Below the pieces are notes generated by a model. It made no database searches and was not told where the DNA came from. It was given only the letters and a program-made list of their open reading frames with translations. A stretch of 64,000 nucleotides of DNA, taken from assembly GCA_964638145.1 (NCBI GenBank), contig CAZXAK010000007.1:151757-215756 (forward strand). Direction: 5' to 3'. The DNA is from an uncultured Desulfobacterales bacterium. GTDB taxonomy: Bacteria; Desulfobacterota; Dissulfuribacteria; Dissulfuribacterales; QOAL01. Shown piece by piece: positions 9,939 to 20,468 of this stretch. Each line of letters starts with the position of its first letter. Position 1 is the stretch's first letter. A program made the translations under genes and the position numbers.

Positions 9939-10292
9939 TCAAAACCTGTCTAACAGTCTTTCAATTTCTGCAAGTTCGTCCCTGACCTGTCCTAGGATTT
10001 CTTTTTTCCTGCTGTTAGCAGGCCGATCCCGTGATGATACTGGCACTCTTCCCCGTTGTTCCCTTGCAAGCTGTTTTTTGGCCCCGTTTATGGTGAACCC
10101 CTCTTCATAGAGGAGTTTACGGATCCTTACAATCAGTTCAACGTCCTTTTTGCGAAAAAGACGTTGCCTTGCTACCCTTTTGGGCCTTATCTGTGGAAAT
10201 TCACTCTCCCAATAACGCAGGACATGCGGTTCAACCCCGGTAATACTGCTGACCTCACCTATCCTGTAATATTTTTTCCCCTGTCCGGGCAT
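9939..10292 (-). CDS. MerR-family transcriptional regulator
   Basis: An N-terminal HTH sits right at the start ([25 protein letters not shown]) and the gene is directly downstream of ihfA. Its start overlaps the 3' end of the ihfA ORF by 38 nt. Confidence 0.8.
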   Translation of the reverse strand: MPGQGKKYYRIGEVSSITGVEPHVLRYWESEFPQIRPKRVARQRLFRKKDVELIVRIRKLLYEEGFTINGAKKQLAREQRGRVPVSSRDRPANSRKKEILGQVRDELAEIERLLDRF

Positions 10293-10572
10293 TGACGATT
10301 CCCTTGAGCGTTCTGCTGGGCCTGAAGACCACTTTTCGTCTTGGAGGAATGATTACCGGTTTGCCAGTGGCAAGATTAGTCCCCTGCCTGGCCCTTTTTT
10401 CAACAGAGGCAAAGGTACCAAATCTTACTATCTTTATGTCACGACCCTGCAGCAGGTTTTCCTCCATGCATGCAAAGAGCTGATCCACAATACATAGAAC
10501 ACTGCGAACTGAAAAGCCCAACTGGTCGCTGACATTCTCAGCTATTCTGCGTTTGGTAAGTGTATCAGACAT
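10255..10572 (-). CDS. ihfA: Integration host factor subunit alpha (HU/IHF fold)
   Basis: 105 aa with the HU/IHF pattern (RFGTF...[31 protein letters not shown]). It sits immediately downstream of pheT, as in the classical pheST-himA arrangement. Confidence 0.85.
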   Translation of the reverse strand: MSDTLTKRRIAENVSDQLGFSVRSVLCIVDQLFACMEENLLQGRDIKIVRFGTFASVEKRARQGTNLATGKPVIIPPRRKVVFRPSRTLKGIVNARTGEKILQDR

Positions 10573-10579
10573 GGTACCA

Positions 10580-12985
10580 TTACGCCCTTAGCTCAGCGTC
10601 AAATTTTTTCAGTATATCATTCAATAGAGGCTGGTGAATGGCATTGACTTCATTGTCTGAAAGTGTGTGGTCATCAGCCCTATAGGTGAATCTTACAGCA
10701 ATACTCTTGTATCCTGAAGGTATGGGTTTGCCCGCATATACGTCAAATATTTCCGCCTTTTCAAGATAGGCAGGGGCACGGTTCTTGATGTACGACATGA
10801 TATCTGCTGCCCGTACCTTGTCCTCTAATACCAGGGCCATGTCCAGTTCTACTGCAGGATAACGTGCCAGAGGCCTGAACCTGGGTATTGGTTTGGCCGC
10901 CCTGTCCAATGCCTGCTGGGAGAAGTCAAAGAGGAATACAGGTGAGGCAATATCAAATGCCTTCAGGACAGAGGGTCTTATCTGGCCGGCCGTGCCAAGC
11001 GCAGTGCCATCCTCAGAGAATACCGTAATGGATGCGCCATTGAGGTAAAAGGGGTCTTCCGGAGTTTCAGGCCTGACATGGGCATTAATTCTCAGTGCAT
11101 CTAACATCTGTTCCATGACCCCCTTTAGGTCAAAGAAGTCGCACGGTGTATCGTCCCATGCCCAGCCTGTTGGCATCCTGCGGCCAGTGATGACGCATGC
11201 CACCATGGCCTCTTCAACAGGTTGTTTTTCCTTGCCCTGATCAATGAAAACCGTGCCTGTCTCAAACAGTTTAAGGTCCAGGTTGCGGCGTGAGTGGTTT
11301 CTGGCAACTGTACGCAGAAGTGACGGAACAAGTGATGTCCTCATGACAGATTGTTCTTCTGTAAGAGGATTCTGTATCTTTACCATGTTGAGCCGTCTGT
11401 CACCCTTGCTGAGTCCCAGTGCAGTTATATCCGCCGGCGAAGTGAAGCTGTAGGAGATGATTTCGTTCATGCCAGATGCAGTGAGGCTTTCCCGTATCTT
11501 GGTCTGAATAGCCCTGTTTGATTCAAGCTCTTTGGTGATGATGCTTGCAACCGGCCAGGTAGTAGGAATGACGTCAAAGCCATGCAGTCTTGCAATTTCC
11601 TCCACAAGGTCGATTTCCTCTGTAACATCAGGCCTGAACAGTGGTACCACTGTATCAATATTTTCATCCTTCAAGGATACTTGGAAGCCTATCCTTTTCA
11701 GATAGGAAACCATCTGTTCGGTGGAAATTTCAGCGCCGATCAGGGATGCCGCACGTTGTGGCCTCAAGTTTATTGAGACAGGTTCAAACCGGCCAGGGCA
11801 GACATCCCTCCATGCCTCGATGTCGCCACCTGCGGTCTGGAGTATTAGCTCCGCTGCCCTGAGCATCGCCCGGACTGTCCCATCTGGGTCAACCCCTCTT
11901 TCAAACCTGTAAGACGCCTCGGTGGAGAGCTTCAATCTCTTTGCTGTACGTCTTATCTGGGATGGCTGGAACCATGCACTTTCAAGCAATATATCCTGGG
12001 TGGAATCAATGACCTCAGAATTTGCTCCACCCATAATGCCAGCAACTGCTACAGGTTTTTCCGTATCGCATATGGCCAGCATGTCATCCTGCAGTTCACG
12101 TTCCTTGCCGTCGAGAGTAACCAGTTTTTCTCCCTTTCTGGCGCGTCTCACCACAATTGCTTGGCCTGACAGCCTGTGGAGGTCAAAGGCATGAAGGGGC
12201 TGGCCTGTTTCAAGCAGGACATAGTTGGTGATATCCACCACATTGTTGATAGGCCTTATACCACATGCGTTGAGGCGGGACCTGATCCACACCGGAGACA
12301 TGCCTATGTTTACACCTCTTATCACCGTACCTGCATAACGGGCGCACAGTTCAGGGTCTTCAATGGTGATGGAGATGGTTTCAGGATTTAACTGTTGGCC
12401 TGTATCAGAAGCGGGTAACGGTACGTTTATAGGAATGTCATACAGAGCCGATACCTCCCTGGCCACACCAAGTATGCTGAGGCAATCAGGGCGATTGGGG
12501 GTTATGCCTATCTCAAGGATATAGTCTTCAAGACCCAACGCCTCTGTTATAGGGGTCCCTGTTTTGACGTCACCATCTATGTACATGATACCGGAGGAGT
12601 CCTCTCCCAGACCCAGTTCCGCCTCTGAGCAGAGCATTCCGTGGGATTTTATCTCATGTACAACAGATTCTTTTATCAGGGTGCCATCAGGCAGTACAGT
12701 GCCAGGCAGACATAGGGCTGCCTTCCTGCCAGTTTCTAAGGCAGGTGCTCCACACACCACCGTTACAGTCCTATCTCCCGTGTCTACTGTGCAGATTTTC
12801 AGGTTCGACTCTGACTGGTGAGGCGCTACCTGTATTATCTTTGCAGTAATCACTGATTCGAGATTTTTATAGGCAGATTCAACGCCTTCCACCTCTAAAC
12901 CCGCCATGGTCAGATCATGGGCGAGCTTTTCGACTGAACATTCAAACGGAACAAATTCTTTTAACCAGGAGGTAAGGATAAGCAT
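10580..12985 (-). CDS. pheT: Phenylalanine--tRNA ligase beta subunit
   Basis: 801 aa. N-terminal MLILTSWLKEFV and the tRNA-binding domain, B3/4 and B5 regions, and a C-terminal anticodon-binding-like domain. It follows pheS. Confidence 0.97.
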   Translation of the reverse strand: MLILTSWLKEFVPFECSVEKLAHDLTMAGLEVEGVESAYKNLESVITAKIIQVAPHQSESNLKICTVDTGDRTVTVVCGAPALETGRKAALCLPGTVLPDGTLIKESVVHEIKSHGMLCSEAELGLGEDSSGIMYIDGDVKTGTPITEALGLEDYILEIGITPNRPDCLSILGVAREVSALYDIPINVPLPASDTGQQLNPETISITIEDPELCARYAGTVIRGVNIGMSPVWIRSRLNACGIRPINNVVDITNYVLLETGQPLHAFDLHRLSGQAIVVRRARKGEKLVTLDGKERELQDDMLAICDTEKPVAVAGIMGGANSEVIDSTQDILLESAWFQPSQIRRTAKRLKLSTEASYRFERGVDPDGTVRAMLRAAELILQTAGGDIEAWRDVCPGRFEPVSINLRPQRAASLIGAEISTEQMVSYLKRIGFQVSLKDENIDTVVPLFRPDVTEEIDLVEEIARLHGFDVIPTTWPVASIITKELESNRAIQTKIRESLTASGMNEIISYSFTSPADITALGLSKGDRRLNMVKIQNPLTEEQSVMRTSLVPSLLRTVARNHSRRNLDLKLFETGTVFIDQGKEKQPVEEAMVACVITGRRMPTGWAWDDTPCDFFDLKGVMEQMLDALRINAHVRPETPEDPFYLNGASITVFSEDGTALGTAGQIRPSVLKAFDIASPVFLFDFSQQALDRAAKPIPRFRPLARYPAVELDMALVLEDKVRAADIMSYIKNRAPAYLEKAEIFDVYAGKPIPSGYKSIAVRFTYRADDHTLSDNEVNAIHQPLLNDILKKFDAELRA

Positions 12986-12991
12986 AATTTT

Positions 12992-14008
12992 TTAAAATTG
13001 GGTCAGAAAACGGATGTCGTTATCAAAGAATAGCCGTAGGTCATCAATACCATACTTGAGCATGGTGATGCGTTCGATTCCAAGACCAAAGGCAAAACCG
13101 CTGTATTGTTCAGCATCATAACCTACATGACGGAATACTGCTGGGTGTACTAGGCCTGCTCCAAGCACTTCAAGCCAGCCTGTATGGGAACAGACCCGGC
13201 ATCCCTTGCCACCGCAAATTACACACTGGATGTCCACCTCGGCGCTGGGTTCTGTAAACGGGAAGAAGCTGGGACGGAAACGTACCCCTGTGCTGCCGCT
13301 GAATATTTCGTGGATAAAGTGGGTCAGTATACCCTTGAGGTCTGCGAAGGAGACCTGGGTATCAACCATGAGCCCCTCTACCTGGTGAAACATTGGAGTG
13401 TGGGTTACATCAGAGTCACACCTGTACACCTTGCCAGGGGCAATGATGCGAAGGGGTGGGGCGATTTTTTCCATGGTGCGGATCTGGATGGGGGAGGTAT
13501 GGGTACGCAATAGGACCTTGGCGTCTATATAAAAAGTGTCCTGCATATCCCTTGCAGGGTGATCGGGTGGTATATTTAGGGCCTCAAAGTTGTAAAAGTC
13601 GAGTTCAACTTCAGGTCCCTGCGCAACGGAAAATCCCATTCTGTTGAAGATGGCGCACACCTCTTCCATCACAGAGGTAACCGGATGAAGGCTGCCTGTT
13701 GGAAGACGCCTCCCCGGTAGGGTGGGATCAAGGCCTTTTATACATACAGTCTCTCCCCTTTCTTCAACTACCTTCAGGGCGGCCCTGATGGCAGACTCTA
13801 TCTCTTTCTTGTACTTGTTTGCGAGCTGTCCAACTTTTGGCCTCTGCTCAGGGGGAAGAGTTCCAATGGATTTGAGAATTTCAGTAAGTTCACCCTTGCG
13901 GCCTGTGATTTTTACCCGCAGGTCTTCAATGGCTTCTTTTCCCTTGTCCTTGGCTGCTTCAATAGCGACAAGGGCCTCTTTTCTAATGGTTTCCAGCCGG
14001 TCAAGCAT
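12992..14008 (-). CDS. pheS: Phenylalanine--tRNA ligase alpha subunit
   Basis: 338 aa with class II motifs ([55 protein letters not shown]). Confidence 0.97.
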   Translation of the reverse strand: MLDRLETIRKEALVAIEAAKDKGKEAIEDLRVKITGRKGELTEILKSIGTLPPEQRPKVGQLANKYKKEIESAIRAALKVVEERGETVCIKGLDPTLPGRRLPTGSLHPVTSVMEEVCAIFNRMGFSVAQGPEVELDFYNFEALNIPPDHPARDMQDTFYIDAKVLLRTHTSPIQIRTMEKIAPPLRIIAPGKVYRCDSDVTHTPMFHQVEGLMVDTQVSFADLKGILTHFIHEIFSGSTGVRFRPSFFPFTEPSAEVDIQCVICGGKGCRVCSHTGWLEVLGAGLVHPAVFRHVGYDAEQYSGFAFGLGIERITMLKYGIDDLRLFFDNDIRFLTQF

Positions 14009-14320
14009 ATTTTACTCTGTTCTGTAAAGGTTATCTGAACTGATTTTGCGCCACCTTGAACAAATGGACAACGCCCCTATGACAATTGGCGTTTGCCGTC
14101 CATATTTCCAAGGAAAAATAGAGAACAGACGGTTTAGGAAATAATCCTGATATAAGCAAGTCAGCGACCACGCCACATGGAGTGTCTTTGCCAATTGCTC
14201 CAGGCTTTCACTCAAAAAATATATTGCCACCTGCCAAATATGGTACGGAACAAACAGGAATCCCCTTGCAGTGAGTGGCTCATATCCCCTCTACCTGCAT
14301 TTACTCATGACTCATGACCA

Positions 14321-14356
14321 TAAAACAACAGCCGGGTACCTCAATGGTCCCCGGCC
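14321..14356 (-). terminator. Putative rho-independent terminator/attenuator after rplT
   Basis: On the minus strand, a GCCGGG-loop-CCCGGC hairpin is followed by UGUUGUUUUA, 76 nt after the rplT stop. Confidence 0.5.
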
Positions 14357-14431
14357 TTGTCTATCCTGCACGGTGGCATTAGGCCCCTGTAAGCATTATC
14401 ATTGACTGCTTAGCGGGTATGCAGTCAGGCC

Positions 14432-14785
14432 TCAGGCCGCTGCCATGGCATTCTTTACTATATTAGAGAATACGGTCGGGTCAGTAACAGCAAGATTCGC
14501 AAGAATCTTGCGGTCAATTCCTATCCCTGCCTTGGTAAGGCCATTTATGAATTTGCTGTAGGAGACGCCATTTTGGCGGCATGCAGCGTTGATCCTCGCT
14601 ATCCAGAGCCGTCTGTACAGGCGTTTTTTCTGTCTTCTGTCCCGATATGCGTAACAGAGACCTTTTTCGACAGTGTCTCTGGCCTGACGGTAACAGCGAC
14701 CGCGTGCACCTCTGTACCCCTTGGCCAGTTTCAATATCTTTTTGCGGCGTCGGCGGGCCTTGAAGCCCCTCTTCACTCGTGGCAT
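14432..14785 (-). CDS. rplT: 50S ribosomal protein L20
   Basis: [30 protein letters not shown] is the canonical L20 N-terminus. The start is moved to this Met; the ORF track begins 54 nt upstream. Confidence 0.96.
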   Translation of the reverse strand: MPRVKRGFKARRRRKKILKLAKGYRGARGRCYRQARDTVEKGLCYAYRDRRQKKRLYRRLWIARINAACRQNGVSYSKFINGLTKAGIGIDRKILANLAVTDPTVFSNIVKNAMAAA

Positions 14786-14855
14786 TTGGTTATAACTCCT
14801 TAATACTTCGTGTAACTCATCATAAGATGAGTCATGCAAAAATCAAAAGCTTGTT

Positions 14856-15053
14856 TCAGACGTATGGCATCATGCGTTTGATGGATTTAACCATTGATTC
14901 ATCAATGACCCCGCGTTTGCGGAGATTTCTCTTACGCTTTCTGCTTTTTTTTGTAAGGATATGGCTCCTGCCTTCCTTGTTGAACATGAATTTTCCACTT
15001 CCGGTTTTGGTAAAACGTTTTGCTGCTGAACGTTTTGTCTTTAACTTTGGCAT
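14856..15053 (-). CDS. rpmI: 50S ribosomal protein L35
   Basis: 65 aa, beginning [21 protein letters not shown]. Confidence 0.96.
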   Translation of the reverse strand: MPKLKTKRSAAKRFTKTGSGKFMFNKEGRSHILTKKSRKRKRNLRKRGVIDESMVKSIKRMMPYV

Positions 15054-15141
15054 CTCTGTCTCCTTGCAAAAGGCAACAATATTCCATACCCGTTACCGAC
15101 GGGTAGTAAACACAAATTATTAACCCCAACAGAGGTTCAGG

Positions 15142-15660
15142 TCAATCTTTTTTAGGGGCGAGGATCATGTGCATGATACGGCCTTCCATATTAGGCATAT
15201 GTTCCACTACTGCAATATCGGACATCTCCTCTGCCACCTTTTTCAGAAGATCGCGACCGAGATAGGAGTGTACCACCTCTCTGCCGCGGAACGTCACAGT
15301 CACCTTGACCTTATTGCCCTGGCCTATGAACTTCCTGATACGCCCCTTCTTTACATTCATGTCATGAACATCTGTTCGGGGCCTCATCTTTACTTCTTTG
15401 ACCTGAATGACGGTCTGCTTCTTCTTTGCTTCCTGGGCCTTTTTGCTCTGCTCGTAACGGAATTTGCCATAATCCATGATGCGGCAGACTGGAGGGCGGG
15501 CATTGGCTGCCACCTCTACCAGGTCCAGTCCCCTGTCCCGGGCCTTGTCCAAGGCCTCTTCTCTGGACACCACACCCAGTTGCTGACCATTTTCATCCAC
15601 GAGCCTGACCTCCCTGGCCCTGATCCTCTCATTAATGTTGACGGGGCGTTCTTTTGCGAT
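15142..15660 (-). CDS. infC: Translation initiation factor IF-3, predicted non-canonical AUC start
   Basis: The tracked ORF starts at an internal GTG (15600). The frame continues upstream as I-AKERPVNINERIRAREVRLVDENGQQLG, the conserved IF-3 N-terminus. ATC at 15660-15658 is preceded by GGAGG with a 6-nt spacer. Confidence 0.85.
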   Translation of the reverse strand: MAKERPVNINERIRAREVRLVDENGQQLGVVSREEALDKARDRGLDLVEVAANARPPVCRIMDYGKFRYEQSKKAQEAKKKQTVIQVKEVKMRPRTDVHDMNVKKGRIRKFIGQGNKVKVTVTFRGREVVHSYLGRDLLKKVAEEMSDIAVVEHMPNMEGRIMHMILAPKKD

Positions 15661-15759
15661 ACTGCACCTCCCTGTAATTTTTCTTTACGCCGCCAGTTCA
15701 TGCCCCCTTACCCTGTGAATGGGGCATGTATTCCCACGGTAGGTTGAATTATTATTTAG

Positions 15760-15779
15760 CCTGAATTGAGCGATTCAGG
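15760..15779. repeat. 20-bp hairpin CCTGAATTGAGCGATTCAGG, identical to the MITE terminal repeat sequence
   Basis: The first 17 nt equal the left end of the MITE at 44431. With flanking G/C it forms an 8-bp stem (GCCTGAAT/ATTCAGGC), 15 nt downstream of the thrS stop. Confidence 0.6.
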
Positions 15780-15793
15780 CCGGATGCAGGCTG

Positions 15794-17737
15794 TTAACCA
15801 GCCATCTGCTCCCTGCATTCTTCAAGTGCCATGTTGATGAAATTTTCAACAGGCATTGCGTCAAGCTGAACCCCCTTTCTGGTCCTGGGGTTTACAGTCC
15901 TGTTCTCCATCTCCTGGTCACCTATGACCAGCATGTAAGGAATTTTTTGCAGTTGGGCCTCCCGTATCTTCTTGCCCAGTTTTTCGTTGCGGAGATCTGT
16001 TTCCGTCCTGATGCCTGCGGCCTTGAGCCGTGCAGTTACTTCCTGTGCCCAATCGTTGTGCCTGTCAGCCACTGTGAGCACAATGGCCTGGACAGGAGCC
16101 AGCCATGTAGGAAACGCTCCTGCGTAGTGTTCTATAAGAACCCCGAAGAAACGCTCTAAGGAGCCAAGGAGAGCCCTGTGTACCATGATAGGTGCATGGG
16201 GCTGGCTGTCCTGGCCAGTGAATGTTACATTGAAACGCTCGGGCAGATTGAAATCCACCTGGATTGTAGAACACTGCCATGACCTGTCAAGGCTGTCACG
16301 AATTTTGATATCTATCTTTGGGCCGTAGAATACTCCCTCGCCTGGGTCTATCTCGTAGTCTAAACCCTGCTGCTCCAGGGCATTTCGCAGCGCTCCTGTG
16401 GCAAGTTCCCAGTGTTCATCACTTCCTACGGATTTTTCCGGTCTGGTGGATAGGTATATATCATAGCGGTCAAAGCCAAATACCCTCAGCACAAACAGCG
16501 TCATATCGAGGATTTCATTGATCTCTTCATCCAGTTGATCTGGACGGCAGAATATGTGTGCGTCGTCCTGGGTAAACCCCCTGACTCTCATGAGACCGTG
16601 CAAAGTACCTGTCATCTCATATCGATATACAGTGCCCAGTTCGCACCATCTGAGGGGAAGGTCCCGGTAACTGCGTTTCTTGGAATTGTAGATGGCAATA
16701 TGAAACGGGCAGTTCATGGGTTTGAGCTGGTACTGTACCTCGTCGATCTGCATTGGGGCGTACATGTTCTCTGCATAGAAGTCCAGGTGTCCACTTGTCT
16801 TCCAGAGATCAAGACGCGCTATATGTGGTGTAAAGAGTAGGTCATACCCCCTTCTGATGTGTTCATCCCGCCAGAAATCCTCTATAACCTTGCGGATCAT
16901 GGCCCCTTTGGGGTGCCAGAGTATGAGCCCCGGGCCTGTCTCTTCCTGGACAGAGAAGAGGTCCAGGTCTTTGCCAACTCGGCGGTGATCGCGTTTTTTG
17001 GCCTCTTCAAGCATGGCAAAGTATTTTTTCATGGCCTTTTTGTCATAAAAGGCCGTGCCGTATATGCGCTGCAGCATGGGTTGGTTTTCATCACCCTTCC
17101 AGTATGCGCCTGCGAGGTGGGTAAGCTTGAATGCCTTTAATTTTCCTGTATCCGGCAGGTGAGGCCCCCTGCACAGGTCCACGAAATCCCCTTGTTGATA
17201 AAGGGAAACCAGCTCTTCCCCCTGGGCCTGAAGGTCTGATATCAGTTCTGCCTTGTACACCTCTCCCTGCTGTTTGAAGAAGTCGAGGGCCTCTGCTATT
17301 GGCATCTCGCGCCGTGATATGGGCAGGGCCTGTTTTACGATCTCCTTCATGCGGGCTTCTATCTTTTCCAGGTCTTCTGGCGTAAAGCCCCGTTCGTAGT
17401 CGAAATCATAGTAGAAACCATTATCAATGGCGGGGCCAATGGCAATTTTTACCCCTGGGAAGAGTTCTTTTACTGCCTGAGCCATAACATGGGCAGTGGT
17501 ATGCCGGAGTATGTCCAGGTTTTCGTCTTCGGGGAATACAGCCTCAACCGTACAGTCTTTCTCAAGTGGTGTGCCAATATCCTTGAGTTCCCCGTCAATT
17601 TTGGCAAGTATTGCCTGTTTCTTTTTTTTGTTGCTGAGGACATTTGCCAGTACATCAATGGCACGGGTACCGGTCTGCACCTCCTGGGCCACTTCTACGC
17701 CTGGAATAGTTACTGTTATGTATGATTTTTCTGTCAT
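15794..17737 (-). CDS. thrS: Threonine--tRNA ligase
   Basis: 647 aa with an N-terminal TGS domain, the editing-domain [10 protein letters not shown] motif, class II core motifs ([23 protein letters not shown]) and a C-terminal anticodon-binding domain. Confidence 0.97.
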   Translation of the reverse strand: MTEKSYITVTIPGVEVAQEVQTGTRAIDVLANVLSNKKKKQAILAKIDGELKDIGTPLEKDCTVEAVFPEDENLDILRHTTAHVMAQAVKELFPGVKIAIGPAIDNGFYYDFDYERGFTPEDLEKIEARMKEIVKQALPISRREMPIAEALDFFKQQGEVYKAELISDLQAQGEELVSLYQQGDFVDLCRGPHLPDTGKLKAFKLTHLAGAYWKGDENQPMLQRIYGTAFYDKKAMKKYFAMLEEAKKRDHRRVGKDLDLFSVQEETGPGLILWHPKGAMIRKVIEDFWRDEHIRRGYDLLFTPHIARLDLWKTSGHLDFYAENMYAPMQIDEVQYQLKPMNCPFHIAIYNSKKRSYRDLPLRWCELGTVYRYEMTGTLHGLMRVRGFTQDDAHIFCRPDQLDEEINEILDMTLFVLRVFGFDRYDIYLSTRPEKSVGSDEHWELATGALRNALEQQGLDYEIDPGEGVFYGPKIDIKIRDSLDRSWQCSTIQVDFNLPERFNVTFTGQDSQPHAPIMVHRALLGSLERFFGVLIEHYAGAFPTWLAPVQAIVLTVADRHNDWAQEVTARLKAAGIRTETDLRNEKLGKKIREAQLQKIPYMLVIGDQEMENRTVNPRTRKGVQLDAMPVENFINMALEECREQMAG

Positions 17738-17923
17738 CTGAGGCTGCCTATCCCTCGCTGTCTAAAGTTTTTGGGGAAGCAGGTCTGGTAAAAAAGATCA
17801 GACCCGCATTCATAAGTAGTGCCGGACGGTAAGTGGGTAGCAAGGCGCTGCTGCAGGACAAAGTTCGTAGCAGGTCTCAAAAGTCTGCCGGAAGGATGAG
17901 ACTTATAAAACATTACAACTTGA

Positions 17924-17961
17924 AAAGGCATCTTGCCCCTTACGGAACCTAAGATGCCTTT
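17924..17961 (-). terminator. Hairpin terminator downstream of tRNA-Val
   Basis: On the minus strand, AAGGCATCTT-16 nt-AAGATGCCTT is followed by TTTC. Confidence 0.5.
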
Positions 17962-18312
17962 GAATAAAGTTCAATCGGATTCAATTGTCAGAAAGTTTTA
18001 TGCTGTACCCCTCTAACAGGCACAACTCTCCATTCCTTAAATTTAAAATAACCCTCTACGCTTCCTGTGTTGAGTGCGCATCATGTCGGGTAGCTGGTGT
18101 CCATCCCATAAATGGTACTTTTGTCCCAAGGCTGGGTTACTCGTTGGTGAAAGATGAGCATGTACGTTTGGGTACTTTCAGCTTTTTCACCTCCTGCACA
18201 CCTGCTACAGAACAAAATGTTTCCTTATTTATATGCAGCTACATGCACACTATTTCATACTGTAATCACACAGGAAACGGAAGGTTTACCAGTGGTTACA
18301 AAGTAGAGAAGG

Positions 18313-18387
18313 TGGTAGGCGCGGGCGGGATCGAACCGCCGACTTCTACCGCGTCAAGGTAGCGCTCTCCCCCTGAGCTACGCGCCT
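18313..18387 (-). tRNA. tRNA-Val (anticodon GAC), CCA encoded
   Basis: The reverse complement folds as a 75-nt cloverleaf. Acceptor AGGCGCG/CGCGCCT, D stem GCTC/GAGC, anticodon stem CTACC/GGTAG with loop TTGACGC, T arm GGCGG-TTCGATC-CCGCC, then ACCA. Confidence 0.95.
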
Positions 18388-18449
18388 ATTCAAGTTTATG
18401 TTTACTTTACACCATTTTCCCGGTTCAGTGAAGTTCCAGAACGATGCTG

Positions 18450-18478
18450 TTGATAACAGGAAAGCTGAAATGTGTCAA
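18450..18478 (-). promoter_or_regulatory. Putative sigma-70 promoter for tRNA-Val
   Basis: On the minus strand, TTGACA (18478-18473), a 17-nt spacer and TATCAA (18455-18450), about 60 nt upstream of the mature tRNA 5' end. Confidence 0.4.
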
Positions 18479-18507
18479 CTGGTAAAGGCATGAATTTCTC
18501 ATTTCAG

Positions 18508-19332
18508 TCATGCTTCAATAATTTCAAGCGGCTCTGCCTGGCCTATTTCTCCGTTCACATGAGCTATATGGCCAATTCTCCGCCAGTTTCTGTGTAACAG
18601 TCCGGCCCCGTAGGCATCTATGGCCACAGGGTCAAAGGATGCAGCAACTATTTTCACTGGCGGATCACAATGAGGGCCATGTAGATGGGCCTGTGCCATG
18701 CCGATCCTCGCGTCCAGCAAGGAGAAGTCAGGTGAACGGTATCTGTTGAGGTCTGCTATTGCCTCCTGGATCCTGGTGTGAAACGCAGATTTTTTCCATG
18801 CCCCACCCTGTTGGTAATACCTGGGAGGGACCATGCCCATCATGTTCTTCATGCTTATGGTCACCCCTGCAAGTGTATGCGCCTTTAGTACAGGGACAGA
18901 GATCAGGAAACTATCAAGGACTATTCGTGGCAGGAACATATCGGGCCAGCGTTTGCATTTTGGGTTGGAAAGCCTTATGCACTCTTCTGTGTTCAGGTCT
19001 ATCAGTCGTACGTTTTTTGTTCTTGCAAGCTCCTTGTACCCTAGTTTTTCAAAGGGGTACCACGTATCATATTCAAGAGAGCCTGTTCCTTCGCCAATGA
19101 CCACCTCTACATCCGAGACCTCTCTGATATAATCGATAAGCTGATTGATGATATCAGTGGGAGTAGTAATGGGAGGTGGCAGTGCCTCCACTACGTTGGG
19201 TTTGATAAGTACCCTTTTTGCATGGTGTAAGGCAGAGGCAAGGGCAGTGGCATCAAGTAGGCGCGGCAGATCAGGCTGCCTGCTGCTGGATCTTAGGAAA
19301 AATACCTTTCCCTTGTTCCATTTCCTGTCCAT
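18508..19332 (-). CDS. DUF362-domain protein (uncharacterised, often Fe-S associated)
   Basis: 274 aa. The motifs VLIKPNVVEA...VVIGEGTG...LKAHTLAGVTISMKNMMG match my recollection of the DUF362 family. Function is unknown. Confidence 0.6.
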   Translation of the reverse strand: MDRKWNKGKVFFLRSSSRQPDLPRLLDATALASALHHAKRVLIKPNVVEALPPPITTPTDIINQLIDYIREVSDVEVVIGEGTGSLEYDTWYPFEKLGYKELARTKNVRLIDLNTEECIRLSNPKCKRWPDMFLPRIVLDSFLISVPVLKAHTLAGVTISMKNMMGMVPPRYYQQGGAWKKSAFHTRIQEAIADLNRYRSPDFSLLDARIGMAQAHLHGPHCDPPVKIVAASFDPVAIDAYGAGLLHRNWRRIGHIAHVNGEIGQAEPLEIIEA

Positions 19333-19335
19333 GCG

Positions 19336-19773
19336 TCAGAGATGACTCCACAGGTCCAGCAAACCGGCATTTTTTATGATTTTGCCCTGTATATCCACAA
19401 TGGGTATCTCTTTTATGTCGCTCTCTATCATGGAGTCAACCACGCTGTCTATGGGGGTGTCGAGGGTGGCCTTCAATAGGTTGGTAGTCATGATATCTCT
19501 GGCCTTGCTGCAGGTAATGCAGCGTAGCAGGCGTCTTGTACCAAATGCCTTGTTGTATCGGCGGGCCGTTATGTTTCTGATGAGTTTCCCCAAGGAGATG
19601 GCCCCTTTGAGGTGACCTTTACGGTCTGTAACATATATACCCCTAACATCGGGTTTTTGTCGCAGTATGTGGGCAATCTCACGCAAGGTCGTCTCTTCAG
19701 GCACAGAGAGAAAGGGATGTCCCTCTATTTGATCAATAACGTCCTTTATGCGTGGCTTTTCCTGGTTGTCCAT
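19336..19773 (-). CDS. CBS-pair domain protein
   Basis: 145 aa. Two CBS-like halves (FLSVPEETTLREIAHIL...GIYVTD..GHLKG and ARDIMTTNLLKATLDTPIDSVVDSMIESDIKEIPIVD). Confidence 0.75.
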   Translation of the reverse strand: MDNQEKPRIKDVIDQIEGHPFLSVPEETTLREIAHILRQKPDVRGIYVTDRKGHLKGAISLGKLIRNITARRYNKAFGTRRLLRCITCSKARDIMTTNLLKATLDTPIDSVVDSMIESDIKEIPIVDIQGKIIKNAGLLDLWSHL

Positions 19774-19997
19774 GGGATGTAAGGAAATAGTTGACAGCTC
19801 TTGCCCACATGCTTGGGTCTATCCCGTTCTGAGAATATAGATCATTCCCGTAGGTTTTAATGTCCCTGTGGGTTGCAGCATTCAGCAGGGTAATGTTTTG
19901 GAGAAATGGTGTGGTGGGGGCATGTCTCCGTTTCCTTCCTGTGATAATAAGCTCGCATATGGTGCAAGTTGGGACTGCGGCATTGGCTATTGGGAAT

Positions 19998-20468
19998 TTA
20001 TACAAATATTTCCAGTACTTCGTAGTTTTTGACGCCGGAGGGAGAGTTGAAGACTACCTCGTCGCCTTCCTCCTTGCCGAGAAGTGCCTGGCCAATGGGG
20101 GAACTGATTGATATACGTCCCTTTTTGATATCAGATTCTTCAGGGCCCACGAGCTGGTATACGACTTCCTCCCCTGTGTCTATATTTTCCAATTTCACCT
20201 TGACCCCAAAGATTACCCTGTCACAACTCTGGTTTTCAACATCTATCACGTCAGCTGTAGCAAGCTTGCTGTTCAGGAACTGTATGCGCGCTTCTATCTG
20301 GCCCTGTCTCTCCTTGGCAGCATGGTATTCAGCGTTTTCCGAGAGGTCTCCATGCGCCCGTGCGGTCTCAATGGCCTTAATGACCTTGTAACGTTCCACT
20401 TTTTCTAACTGGTGAAGTTCATCTTTGAGTTTTTTGTATCCCTCTGGCGTAAAAGGGGTCCTTTCCAT
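19998..20468 (-). CDS. greA: Transcription elongation factor GreA
   Basis: 156 aa with the GreA signatures TPEGYKKLKDELHQLE...AIETARAHGDLSENAEYHAAKE and a C-terminal ISISSPIGQALLGK. Confidence 0.95.
   Translation of the reverse strand: MERTPFTPEGYKKLKDELHQLEKVERYKVIKAIETARAHGDLSENAEYHAAKERQGQIEARIQFLNSKLATADVIDVENQSCDRVIFGVKVKLENIDTGEEVVYQLVGPEESDIKKGRISISSPIGQALLGKEEGDEVVFNSPSGVKNYEVLEIFV

Noticed and set aside
10255-10292. The 38-nt overlap between the ihfA 3' end and the merR-family start as a sign of a frameshift or fusion.
   Set aside because: Both ORFs are full-length relative to their families, and the MerR HTH begins immediately after the annotated Met. Short overlaps are common in operons.
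17738-17923. The thrS leader (including the hairpin GGTCTG-N11-CAGACC about 60 nt upstream of the start) as a T-box or tRNA-mimic operator.
   Set aside because: I could not identify a T-box consensus, a specifier loop or an anticodon-arm mimic with a Thr anticodon. A single hairpin is not enough to support a call.
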